From a virus (Duplodnaviria; Heunggongvirae; Uroviricota; Caudoviricetes), in IMG/VR virus record IMGVR_UViG_3300014523_000016: a stretch of DNA of 7,890 nt; one strand, 5' to 3'. The position numbers and the translations under genes are program-made. Of the stretch, positions 1 through 5,741 are shown in pieces; positions within the stretch are counted from its first letter, which is position 1, and every line of letters starts with the position of its first letter. The notes beneath the pieces were generated by a model, which ran no database searches, had not been told where the DNA came from, and saw nothing but the letters and a program-made list of their open reading frames with translations.

Positions 1-281
1 TGCTGGTTTCTTTCCCTTTCATCCAGTAGTGCCAGCACGGTAGCTGGATTGGCTGCGGCGATGAATTCAGCATTGGCCTGCTGTTCCATTTGGAAATCTT
101 CATCGAAACCGCTTTCTGGATGCGCTCCTTCAATTCTGCAAATGGGAATATATCCAGCAGCCTCGCGATGAATTAGAGCATCATCACCATCAAATCGGCT
201 CTCTCCATATTCGAGCGACCATACACCACACGTTGCTTTTTCTGCCTTGGCACGCAGTACCTGATAGTCAATCTTGCTCAC
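1..281 (-). CDS. Ead/Ea22-like early-region protein, N-terminal part; ORF runs off the window start
   Basis: Hand-translated minus-strand frame open from a GTG at 281..279 to position 1 with no stop (VSKIDYQVLRAKAEK...ANAEFIAAANPATVLALLDERERNQ). Strong SD AAGGAGG 6 nt upstream of the GTG. The ANAEFIAAANPATVLALL stretch matches my recollection of Ead/Ea22-family prophage proteins; family assignment is from memory. Overlaps the upstream gene by 14 nt. Not in the ORF track. Confidence 0.5.
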   Translation of the reverse strand, partial: MSKIDYQVLRAKAEKATCGVWSLEYGESRFDGDDALIHREAAGYIPICRIEGAHPESGFDEDFQMEQQANAEFIAAANPATVLALLDERERNQ

Positions 282-585
282 TGGTCGCCTCCTTTGCTGG
301 GCTTTCTAACTTCTGAGTGGTTGTATCAAACTCAAACAACTTAACCACGTCATCAAACAGGACATAATCGCCATCAGAATCTTCAGTCATGTCAGCGCCA
401 CAATCCTGACCGCACGAGTCACAACCATCCATATCAAGCTCGTATCGCTTCAGGTTTGCGATATTTGATAAATTCAGCGCCAGTACAGCTAGGTCATAAA
501 CCTCGTCAGCGGTATATCCTGCACCATGTCCATACATTTCAATGCGGGATATGATTTCTTCTACCCGTTGTTTTGTGATTGTCAT
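268..585 (-). CDS. hypothetical acidic phage protein (105 aa)
   Basis: ORF track 268..585. Its ATG (585..583) overlaps the TGA of the upstream gene (584..582) as ATGA; SD-like GGTGAG about 6 nt upstream. Acidic, Cys/Asp-rich middle (DMDGCDSCGQDCGADMTEDSDGD). No family recognised. Confidence 0.6.
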   Translation of the reverse strand: MTITKQRVEEIISRIEMYGHGAGYTADEVYDLAVLALNLSNIANLKRYELDMDGCDSCGQDCGADMTEDSDGDYVLFDDVVKLFEFDTTTQKLESPAKEATSEQD

Positions 586-1043
586 TTTTGCTCACCACTC
601 TGTTCTTCCAGAAAAATACGCATAGCCTCAAGCATCTCTTCGGTGTCATACGGAGACAGCTTGTCACGCAGGATGTGTTCAATGCTGTTAATGAACTTGC
701 GGATTGCTTTGCGTTCAATTTCAGCCAGGAAAGCATCGGTGGCTGGGGTTTCAGTAACATCATCTTCCCATTCGCTAAACTCCTCACGACAAAAGTCATT
801 AAATTCCTTCTCAGATTGCTTAAGCGAGGTATTTTCAGCAGCCATCTTCGCGCATTTAGCCTCAAGGTTATCAATCGTGATTCCAGCAGAACGACACTCC
901 CGCAACGCCGTTTCCAGTTTTGATTCAAGTTCACCGAACTTACGAACAAGATATTCAGCGTTTGTTTCGTTAACCTTTAAATCACTTGGGATGCATTTAC
1001 CTTTCAGAAATCCATCCATCTCAATTAGTGACATTTGTTTCAT
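582..1043 (-). CDS. hypothetical acidic, coiled-coil-like phage protein (about 153 aa)
   Basis: ORF track 582..1061 begins with GTG; I prefer the in-frame ATG at 1043 ([12 protein letters not shown]...), which overlaps the upstream stop as ATGA (1043..1040). Protein is Glu/Lys-rich with heptad-like character. No family recognised. Confidence 0.6.
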   Translation of the reverse strand: MKQMSLIEMDGFLKGKCIPSDLKVNETNAEYLVRKFGELESKLETALRECRSAGITIDNLEAKCAKMAAENTSLKQSEKEFNDFCREEFSEWEDDVTETPATDAFLAEIERKAIRKFINSIEHILRDKLSPYDTEEMLEAMRIFLEEQSGEQK

Positions 1044-1204
1044 TTCTTCCCACTCCGCCACATCGCATTCAGATATTTGTTGTCATTAACAGAACCGAAA
1101 CTCTTTCTCTTAAGCAATTCCTCTCTCGATGGCATTGGCCTTACGCGTTGGCGAATAATCATTTCTGCCGGAAGAATGCCGGGATTGTATGCAAGTCCTC
1201 TCAT
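1040..1204 (-). CDS. hypothetical small protein (54 aa), translationally coupled on both sides
   Basis: Hand-translated: [54 protein letters not shown]. Start ATG 1204..1202 overlaps the TGA of the 96-aa gene (1203..1201); its own TGA (1042..1040) overlaps the ATG of the next gene. Below the length cutoff of the ORF track. Confidence 0.4.
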   Translation of the reverse strand: MRGLAYNPGILPAEMIIRQRVRPMPSREELLKRKSFGSVNDNKYLNAMWRSGKK

Positions 1205-1491
1205 GGTTTACTCTCCACGACCTGGTCAATAGCCATGCTAAGTGACACACCTAAAGTCTCGATATGCTGCTGAATATCCTGTAGCGTCTGCGCCTGAGAT
1301 AACAGGATTTCATGGTTGCATAATTCTTTAACCAGATGCTCAAACTTGCTGTAATAACCGATACGGCTTAGTGTTTCTTTCCCTGCATTCTCACCTTCTT
1401 TGATAATTCCTCTTTCGCTAAGAATCAAGTCGTGTTTGGTTCCGGTAATAACGTATTTTCCGAGGTCGATGTTTAGCTTCATTGTTTTCAT
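1201..1491 (-). CDS. hypothetical phage protein (96 aa)
   Basis: Part of ORF track 1201..1641. Start chosen at ATG 1491 ([13 protein letters not shown]...) because it has SD GAGGAA with a 6-nt spacer; in-frame ATGs at 1509 and 1524 are alternatives. Lies just downstream of the stop of the preceding ORF at 1502. Confidence 0.55.
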   Translation of the reverse strand: MKTMKLNIDLGKYVITGTKHDLILSERGIIKEGENAGKETLSRIGYYSKFEHLVKELCNHEILLSQAQTLQDIQQHIETLGVSLSMAIDQVVESKP

Positions 1492-1501
1492 TGTTAATTC
1501 C

Positions 1502-1696
1502 TCAGTCATTACTGATAGCGCCATAGCGTGAGCGGTAATTACGCAGGCGCGGGTCAATTTCAGGGAAGTGGGTATATGTGGCTTTGCGGAATGGTCGGAT
1601 TGATGTCTGGTAAATTCGCTCGCGTTCTTCTTTCTCTGCAAGCCATATACAGTGGCGAAATTCCTTTTCCTCTTTCGTTTCCTGCGGTAGCGACAT
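1502..1696 (-). CDS. hypothetical small protein (64 aa from the first ATG after the masked run)
   Basis: Frame of ORF track 1502..1783; first ATG after the N-run is at 1696 (MSLPQETKEEKEFRHCIWLAEKEERERIY...). Stop at 1504..1502 sits inside the SD of the next gene. The true 5' end is uncertain because of the N-run at 1709..1720. Confidence 0.4.
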   Translation of the reverse strand: MSLPQETKEEKEFRHCIWLAEKEERERIYQTSIRPFRKATYTHFPEIDPRLRNYRSRYGAISND

Positions 1697-1721
1697 TATC
1701 CGATCGTANNNNNNNNNNNNT

Positions 1722-1799
1722 GAATTTATCCAGCACCTCCGATACGGAATTGCCGGAACAGCGGCGCGGGTCATCCGCACCATACAGAGGCGCTGGCAT
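1722..1799 (-). CDS. 5' segment of an ORF that runs into the masked N-run (start codon and RBS only secure part)
   Basis: ATG at 1799..1797 with SD AAGGA 6-7 nt upstream, 24 nt after the SSB-like stop (MPAPLYGADDPRRCSGNSVSEVLDKF...). As written this frame differs from the 1502..1696 frame, so the two segments cannot be joined unless the masked run hides a length change. Confidence 0.3.
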
Positions 1800-1822
1800 A
1801 ATGGAATCCTTATTTTGCTAAT

Positions 1823-2206
1823 TTAGAAGGGAATTGAATCGTCGTATTCAGGATGATTTTGATGATTGCTACTTTGTTGCTGTTGGCTGTTTCCTGAAGT
1901 TGCAAATCCAATCTTTGCATTCAGTAATTCAAGAGTGATTGATTGACCATTTTGCCCCTGATAAGCATCAACCCTGATGTTTTCTCCGGTAATTTCAACA
2001 ATGCCTCCTTCAACCAGAACGCTACGGTAGTAATCCGCTTGCGCTCCCGGCTTGGCAAATACAACGGCGCTGTAGTTTGTCCATTCTTTCTTTTTTGTCT
2101 GGCGATCGTAATACTGAACGCCAGCACGGATGTTGAATCCGATATTTTCCCCGGCCTGAAACTCTCTTGCGGGCTTGTTTAGTCTTACAGTAATCGAATG
2201 TGCCAT
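1823..2206 (-). CDS. ssb: single-stranded DNA-binding protein-like (127 aa) with acidic C-terminal tail ending DDSIPF
   Basis: Within ORF track 1823..2296. Start ATG 2206..2204 overlaps the ERF stop TAA (2208..2206) by 1 nt (TAATG); SD AAGGAG upstream. The C-terminus EYDDSIPF resembles the conserved SSB tail (E. coli SSB ends DDDIPF, from memory), preceded by a Gln/Ser-rich linker. Confidence 0.6.
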   Translation of the reverse strand: MAHSITVRLNKPAREFQAGENIGFNIRAGVQYYDRQTKKKEWTNYSAVVFAKPGAQADYYRSVLVEGGIVEITGENIRVDAYQGQNGQSITLELLNAKIGFATSGNSQQQQSSNHQNHPEYDDSIPF

Positions 2207-2811
2207 TAAGCAGCCGCTCCTTCTAATTCGTCTCGTCTGATGTTGTAAACGTCCTGCGCTTTGTGCTGCTCCGGTGTGCCTTCGAGCATCTTCCACGCTT
2301 TGGCGAACGCCTGTTTAAGCTCTTCCACGGTGTTTTTCTGCAATGCTGCGTCAGTGAATGCTTTTAGAACCTGTTCAGGTGTAGGTGATGGTTTTGATTG
2401 CTTTGCTGCTGCGTTCTGCTGATGTTTATGCTCGTCTGTATCTGCATCTTTCGCATCATCTATGCCGAACAAACCATTGAGGCAATACTTGCGTGCATAA
2501 GAGCTTGTAGCTCCAGTAACTTGTGCAGAATCCATTCCTTTCTTGCTTTCTTCCTCTCGTGCAAGGGCGGTTGCCGTATGACTGTTTTCGCCATCGGTAA
2601 TAGTTGCCGTGGCTTTCACGTAATACCGATCACCAATCAACACAACTTCATCGCTGATTGATAAAAACAGGCCATTCAGTAGCGGCTTAACGCCTTCAAG
2701 AATGTCTTCGCAGCTTCTGTATTTATATTTACCGAATGAGTTGTACTGATTCTTTGGCGCGTTCAGATTCTCCTGAATAGCTGCCAGTCTTGCGTAAAAT
2801 TCTTTGCTCAT
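2206..2811 (-). CDS. erf: ERF-family single-strand annealing recombination protein (201 aa)
   Basis: Within ORF track 2206..2841, whose first codon is TTG. I prefer ATG 2811 (MSKEFYARLAAIQENLNAPKNQYNSFGKYKYRSCEDILEGVKPLL...), preceded by a GAGAA SD-like motif. The N-terminal sequence matches my recollection of P22 Erf-type proteins. Translationally coupled to the downstream SSB-like gene. Confidence 0.8.
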   Translation of the reverse strand: MSKEFYARLAAIQENLNAPKNQYNSFGKYKYRSCEDILEGVKPLLNGLFLSISDEVVLIGDRYYVKATATITDGENSHTATALAREEESKKGMDSAQVTGATSSYARKYCLNGLFGIDDAKDADTDEHKHQQNAAAKQSKPSPTPEQVLKAFTDAALQKNTVEELKQAFAKAWKMLEGTPEQHKAQDVYNIRRDELEGAAA

Positions 2812-2821
2812 ATGATTGTTC

Positions 2822-2992
2822 TCAGAATGGACATGGCCCAAGTAAATAACGCTGATTTAATACTTCAGTCTTTGCCGCATTTAAAAATACGCGAACACCT
2901 TCACGATCTCCCTTTTGGCGATACATTAACGCCTGCTGCGTGTACATGCGTCTCTGTAACTTGCTCTCCTTCACTGTGGTTGCAAGTGACAT
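2822..2992 (-). CDS. hypothetical small basic protein (56 aa) immediately upstream of erf
   Basis: Hand-translated: MSLATTVKESKLQRRMYTQQALMYRQKGDREGVRVFLNAAKTEVLNQRYLLGPCPF. ATG at 2992 has a strong SD GAAGGAG with 6-nt spacer; stop TGA 2824..2822 is 10 nt before the erf ATG. Position matches the small accessory gene (arf) that precedes erf in P22, but no sequence identification is claimed. Overlaps the next ORF by 92 nt in another frame. Confidence 0.4.
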   Translation of the reverse strand: MSLATTVKESKLQRRMYTQQALMYRQKGDREGVRVFLNAAKTEVLNQRYLLGPCPF

Positions 2993-3071
2993 GAATATCT
3001 CCTTCGTTACCGATTAATTCTTTCATCTGACGAATGAATTCTTCGTCTGACCAGTTATCTGTAAAACTCAT
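2901..3071 (-). CDS. hypothetical small acidic protein (56 aa from the ATG overlapping the Kil-like stop)
   Basis: ORF track 2901..3086. The in-frame ATG 3071..3069 overlaps the Kil-like stop (3070..3068) as ATGA (MSFTDNWSDEEFIRQMKELIGNEGDIH...). The C-terminal third overlaps the 2822..2992 ORF, so only one of the two may be real over that stretch. Confidence 0.3.
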   Translation of the reverse strand: MSFTDNWSDEEFIRQMKELIGNEGDIHVTCNHSEGEQVTETHVHAAGVNVSPKGRS

Positions 3072-3220
3072 TTCCTGCGATACCACGGAAGGTTGATAGC
3101 TGATTTCATCGCTTTATTTGCTTCAATCCACATTTTTGAATCACCAATAAATCTGGCTATTACTGCTTTGTTCTGTGCAGCACGAAGCATCTGGTGATTA
3201 ATGGCTATTTCATTGCGCAT
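3068..3220 (-). CDS. kil: Kil-like small host-killing protein (50 aa)
   Basis: Hand-translated: MRNEIAINHQMLRAAQNKAVIARFIGDSKMWIEANKAMKSAINLPWYRRK. ATG 3220 is preceded by GGAGG (4-nt spacer) and overlaps the 3' end of the cIII-like gene. The cIII then kil order and small size match lambda; the FIGD-KM similarity to lambda Kil is from imperfect memory. Confidence 0.45.
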   Translation of the reverse strand: MRNEIAINHQMLRAAQNKAVIARFIGDSKMWIEANKAMKSAINLPWYRRK

Positions 3221-3339
3221 AACGCCTCCAGTTGTTTCTTTGCTGCTCTGATTAATTGTTTAACTCGGCGTGATAATTCAGATTCGTGCGGGTAGAAAGC
3301 GGACATGACGCCGCTACCCGCGAGCTGAAAGTGCATCAT
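3205..3339 (-). CDS. cIII: cIII-like protein (44 aa)
   Basis: Hand-translated: MMHFQLAGSGVMSAFYPHESELSRRVKQLIRAAKKQLEALCAMK. SD AAGGAG 6 nt upstream of ATG 3339. The central ES-L-R----L----K-L pattern parallels the lambda CIII helix (SESLLERITRKLRDGWKRL, from memory), and the gene lies directly upstream of the Kil-like gene as in lambda. Confidence 0.6.
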   Translation of the reverse strand: MMHFQLAGSGVMSAFYPHESELSRRVKQLIRAAKKQLEALCAMK

Positions 3340-3403
3340 GGGTAACTCCTTATATTTGATTGCATAACGAAAACGCCTCTCGTGAAGCGTTATTGGTATG
3401 CAT

Positions 3404-3429
3404 ATAAAAAAGCCCTCACACTGGAGGGC
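3404..3429 (-). terminator. intrinsic terminator-like hairpin on the minus strand (tL-like), upstream of cIII
   Basis: Plus strand 3412..3417 gccctc and 3424..3429 gagggc form a 6-bp GC-rich stem with a 6-nt loop. The A-run at 3405..3411 gives a U-tract after the stem on the minus strand. The plus-strand tail is not T-rich, so it is unidirectional. Borders the N-run at 3435..3517. Confidence 0.45.
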
Positions 3430-3562
3430 AAAGANNNNNNNNNNNNNNNNNNNNNNNNNNNNNNNNNNNNNNNNNNNNNNNNNNNNNNNNNNNNNNNNNN
3501 NNNNNNNNNNNNNNNNNCAGTGCAGTGTTTATTCTGTTGTTAGTGCCAAAAATAAAGGCCGA

Positions 3563-4186
3563 CTATGCGGACTCGGAAGGAAGTCCAATCATCTTATTCA
3601 AATCTTCTACCCGTAAAGCAGGAAGTGCTGTACTTGCTTTGTCTGCTTCTTTTGGTAGCAATTCTTTGCTTTCAGGCCAAACTTCAATAAGTCGCTTAAC
3701 TGTTGTGACTGAGTTCAAAGCAGCCCATACATTTGATTCGATATCCTTTTTCTTGGCTTCAAGTTTTTGTTGCAATGCGCAGATTTCATCAAACCTTTTT
3801 GTTATTTCGTGTTCTGCATCAAACATGCATTTATCTTTGGTTGGAGTAGGGAGCAATATATCTTCGCCGTTGCCGTCTTTCCCATATGAATGCCATCCAA
3901 CCCTTCTGCCAGATACAGTCAGATAAATTGAAGTAGAACGAACATCGTATGAGTAAAATGAACATCCCATCTTTTCAAGTTCTTCACTTATAGCTACTAA
4001 CCTGGATGATAACTGATCCACTTCCTCAGTTTTCTTTTTACCGCCAAACGCAATAACTCTGGCGTCAAGTGCAAGCTGGTTCTTTAACTTTGTTACTTCT
4101 TCAAGTTCAGTGAAAACCCCAGACTTAATTAAAGCGTTACGAGCGATTTTCTCTTTCATTCTCGTAGTTAAGCGGATTGATGACAT
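3563..4186 (-). CDS. hypothetical protein (207 aa) between N and cIII; function unknown
   Basis: Within ORF track 3563..4246, whose first codon is TTG. I prefer ATG 4186 (MSSIRLTTRMKEKIARNALIKSGVF...) with SD GAGGA about 9 nt upstream. Lys/Glu-rich with predicted helical stretches, no transmembrane-like segment. No family recognised. Confidence 0.65.
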   Translation of the reverse strand: MSSIRLTTRMKEKIARNALIKSGVFTELEEVTKLKNQLALDARVIAFGGKKKTEEVDQLSSRLVAISEELEKMGCSFYSYDVRSTSIYLTVSGRRVGWHSYGKDGNGEDILLPTPTKDKCMFDAEHEITKRFDEICALQQKLEAKKKDIESNVWAALNSVTTVKRLIEVWPESKELLPKEADKASTALPALRVEDLNKMIGLPSESA

Positions 4187-4247
4187 ATTAATTCCTCTCA
4201 AATAAGTGGTTTGCTGCCTAATTTCATTTTCTGGCGACCAACACAAG

Positions 4248-4520
4248 TCATCTTGCTGTCAGTTGTTTTGATTTCCGATAGCCTGCCGCGTAAAGAGCTA
4301 CATTTGGAAGACAAGTTGAGCCTTCATATTTTCTGGTCAACGTTGTCAGTGTTATTACTTCTGCTCTCATTGCTGGTTTGCGCTTGCATTGCAAGACCAC
4401 TCGTGAAGGGGTTGGCCTGTGTAGCTTGTCGGAGCTGATCGCCTCCTGACTTTGCAGATTTGCACGACGAGCTCTACGGCGAGAAGCTGCGGTGCCTTTA
4501 AATTCTGTTTTTCTGGACAT
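4248..4520 (-). CDS. N: N-like transcription antitermination protein (90 aa) with N-terminal arginine-rich motif
   Basis: Within ORF track 4248..4592. ATG 4520 is preceded by GGAGG with a 5-nt spacer. Residues 13-25 SRRRARRANLQSQ parallel the lambda N arginine-rich motif (RRRERRAEKQAQW, from memory). Lies downstream of a nutL-like element and the pL/OL region. Confidence 0.8.
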   Translation of the reverse strand: MSRKTEFKGTAASRRRARRANLQSQEAISSDKLHRPTPSRVVLQCKRKPAMRAEVITLTTLTRKYEGSTCLPNVALYAAGYRKSKQLTAR

Positions 4521-4619
4521 GGATTCCTCCCGAATAAACTCTGGCGATGCAATCCCGAAGCTACTCCTGAGAGAGTTGCTTCGGCATTGCATCCCACAGC
4601 TTATGTGGTTGGGTGATCT

Positions 4620-4665
4620 GGCTTTTCAGCCACGTAGTCGAGTGTTCGACGTTGTTTAAAGAGCC
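4620..4665 (-). promoter_or_regulatory. nutL-like site: boxA, small spacer hairpin, boxB (read on the minus strand)
   Basis: Minus strand reads GGCTCTTTA (boxA-like, plus 4665..4657), a spacer hairpin GTCGA-ACAC-TCGAC (plus 4650..4637), and boxB GGCTGAAAAGCC (plus 4631..4620, stem GGCT/AGCC, GAAA loop). It aligns closely with the nutR-like element at 7428..7473 (shared GCTCTTT, AACAACG, CTACGT, GCTGAAAAGC). Confidence 0.7.
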
Positions 4666-4710
4666 TGCCAGTCTGTTCCGTTTGGCTTACAGCGTCCTGC
4701 TGATGAGTTA

Positions 4711-4829
4711 ACTTTATCGAAATGATAAATTAATGGCAATAGCAAAATGATAAATTGTTTTAGTTTTCAAATATCCTGTTGATTATTATGGTTTTTTATT
4801 TGATTGCAGGAATTTATCAGAAGGAATAA
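4711..4829 (-). promoter_or_regulatory. OL/pL-like region: 17-bp operator palindromes and a candidate leftward promoter
   Basis: Perfect 17-bp palindrome TTTATCGAAATGATAAA at 4713..4729. Weaker sites of the same type at 4738..4754 (aatagcAAAATGATAAA) and 4813..4829 (TTTATCagaagGAATAA). On the minus strand a candidate pL has -35 TTGCCA (plus 4739..4734), 17-bp spacer, and -10 TAAAGT (plus 4716..4711), overlapping the first operator. The same -10 hexamer and operator family recur at the OR side. Confidence 0.55.
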
Positions 4830-4937
4830 AGAGACTTGAGGGGGATCAGAATTGCGCGTTTTAGTGAGTTGTATCTGTTTATNNNNNNNNNNNNNNNNNN
4901 NNNNNNNNNNNNNNNNNNNNNGACGCTGTAACCAAAG

Positions 4938-4962
4938 AAACCCGGGCGCTGAGGCCGGGTTT
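4938..4962 (-). terminator. intrinsic terminator after the cI-cassette operon (hairpin looks bidirectional)
   Basis: 8-bp stem aaacccgg (4938..4945) pairing with ccgggttt (4955..4962), 9-nt loop. On the minus strand the stem is followed by TTTCTTTGG; on the plus strand by TTTTTCT. Sits 3 nt after the stop of the 258-aa cassette gene and before the masked run and OL region. Confidence 0.55.
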
Positions 4963-4964
4963 TT

Positions 4965-5741
4965 CTAGGCTACCAGAGACTCAATCCAAGAGTCTCTGGT
5001 ATGGAATGGCAACACTCGTGCGGTATCATTAAATAGTAGTGATAGTTGCTGTAGCTCAGGTGTTAACCCATCGCTGTCAACTATTACAAATCTATTGTTT
5101 ATGTCAGGAACGACCTGACTTAAGTCAACAATCTTCCCAACTGTTGAGTGGGCAGTATTCCATCCCTTACTGCTGGCAAGGCTTACCGTAAACCCGCGTT
5201 TTGGTGGTATTAGTCGAGACTCATTCCTTAGCGTTAACGGAACAGTAATGTTATGCCCACTAATACCTTTCACTTTTTCCTTTAAGGCTAGTCGCTTCCC
5301 AAGCCCTGCTGATTTTAAGTAACTGATTACACATTTTTCGAACTTATCGTCTTTGACCTCAGCATACCAATCAGCAGTTTGGGCGGATGCAAGAATCCCA
5401 CCACGAATAACATTTGCAGTTACCTGTCCAACGGACGACTCATCTGCCCACGCAGATATCTCTCCAGAGTCATTTAATGAAATTCCTTGCGAAGCGAGTG
5501 ATGACCTGATCAGATCAATTTTCTTTTTAGTCAGGTGGATGCCGCGTGATTCAATATTCATCAATGTATCGCAGTAGTCTGTAACCCTATACTGACCACT
5601 CATCTCTTGAACGAATACACTTATCTGCTCACAATCATCGTAGTATGTGAAGGGACTAATAACGCGCAGCAACGTGTCGCTCATTGGGTGGCATTCAAAC
5701 CCGAGCTTAGATATGACTGTTGAACACGTTACATTTCCCAT
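4965..5741 (-). CDS. hypothetical protein (258 aa), second gene of the cassette in the rexAB-equivalent position; function unknown
   Basis: ORF track 4965..5741. ATG 5741..5739 lies 13 nt upstream of, and out of frame with, the stop of the preceding gene (TAA 5731..5729), suggesting coupling. No transmembrane-like hydrophobic stretch and no motif I recognise. Hand-sampled GC in this cassette is about 37-38% versus about 57% in a cI line. Confidence 0.75.
   Translation of the reverse strand: MGNVTCSTVISKLGFECHPMSDTLLRVISPFTYYDDCEQISVFVQEMSGQYRVTDYCDTLMNIESRGIHLTKKKIDLIRSSLASQGISLNDSGEISAWADESSVGQVTANVIRGGILASAQTADWYAEVKDDKFEKCVISYLKSAGLGKRLALKEKVKGISGHNITVPLTLRNESRLIPPKRGFTVSLASSKGWNTAHSTVGKIVDLSQVVPDINNRFVIVDSDGLTPELQQLSLLFNDTARVLPFHTRDSWIESLVA

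Noticed and set aside
526-1089. Plus-strand ORFs 526..1089 and 579..923, and minus-strand ORF 539..949
   Set aside because: They overlap the well-supported 153-aa minus-strand gene on the opposite strand or in another frame. Translations are Ser/Leu-rich and low-complexity with no RBS or coupling context. Treated as shadow ORFs.
986-1273. Plus-strand ORFs 986..1273 and 1035..1232
   Set aside because: Antisense to the chain of translationally coupled minus-strand genes; no RBS and no continuity with any plus-strand operon.
1201-1641. Full 146-aa extent of ORF 1201..1641 and the upstream MVRMTRAAVP... portion of ORF 1502..1783
   Set aside because: The 5' extensions overlap the neighbouring gene, and the upstream part crosses the N-run with poor, Arg/Pro/Cys-rich composition. 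Internal ATGs with SD (1491, 1696) give compact non-overlapping genes.
1921-2661. ORFs 1921..2127 (minus), 1943..2182 (plus) and 2398..2661 (plus)
   Set aside because: They fall inside the SSB-like and ERF genes in the wrong frame or strand. ERF and SSB have recognisable sequence features; these do not.
2812-2841. TTG start at 2841 for erf
   Set aside because: The ATG at 2811 with an upstream GAGAA motif gives the MSKEFYARL N-terminus typical of ERF as I recall it; the TTG extension would overlap the preceding small gene.
3398-3616. Plus-strand ORF 3398..3616 translated through the N-run
   Set aside because: Most of the translation is X from masked bases; the ORF is an artefact of the unknown sequence.
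3525-3926. Plus-strand ORF 3525..3926
   Set aside because: Antisense to the 207-aa minus-strand gene, Ser/Leu-rich, no RBS.
4187-4246. TTG start at 4246 for the 207-aa gene
   Set aside because: It is a TTG with no SD placed 2 nt after the N stop; the in-frame ATG at 4186 has a good SD.
4211-4597. ORFs 4211..4438 (plus) and 4367..4597 (minus), and the 5' extension of the N ORF to 4592
   Set aside because: The N frame is identified by its arginine-rich motif and the GGAGG-ATG at 4520. The others are antisense or alternative-frame overlaps, and the extension to 4592 lacks an RBS and would run back toward the nutL-side leader.
4690-4880. AT-rich stretch with direct repeats of aaatgataaatt, considered as a possible attachment site or insertion-sequence end
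   Set aside because: The repeats are better explained as operator half-sites. They recur at OR with the same motif, and the region sits exactly where OL/pL belongs between the cassette terminator and nutL. No inverted terminal repeats or transposase gene are present.
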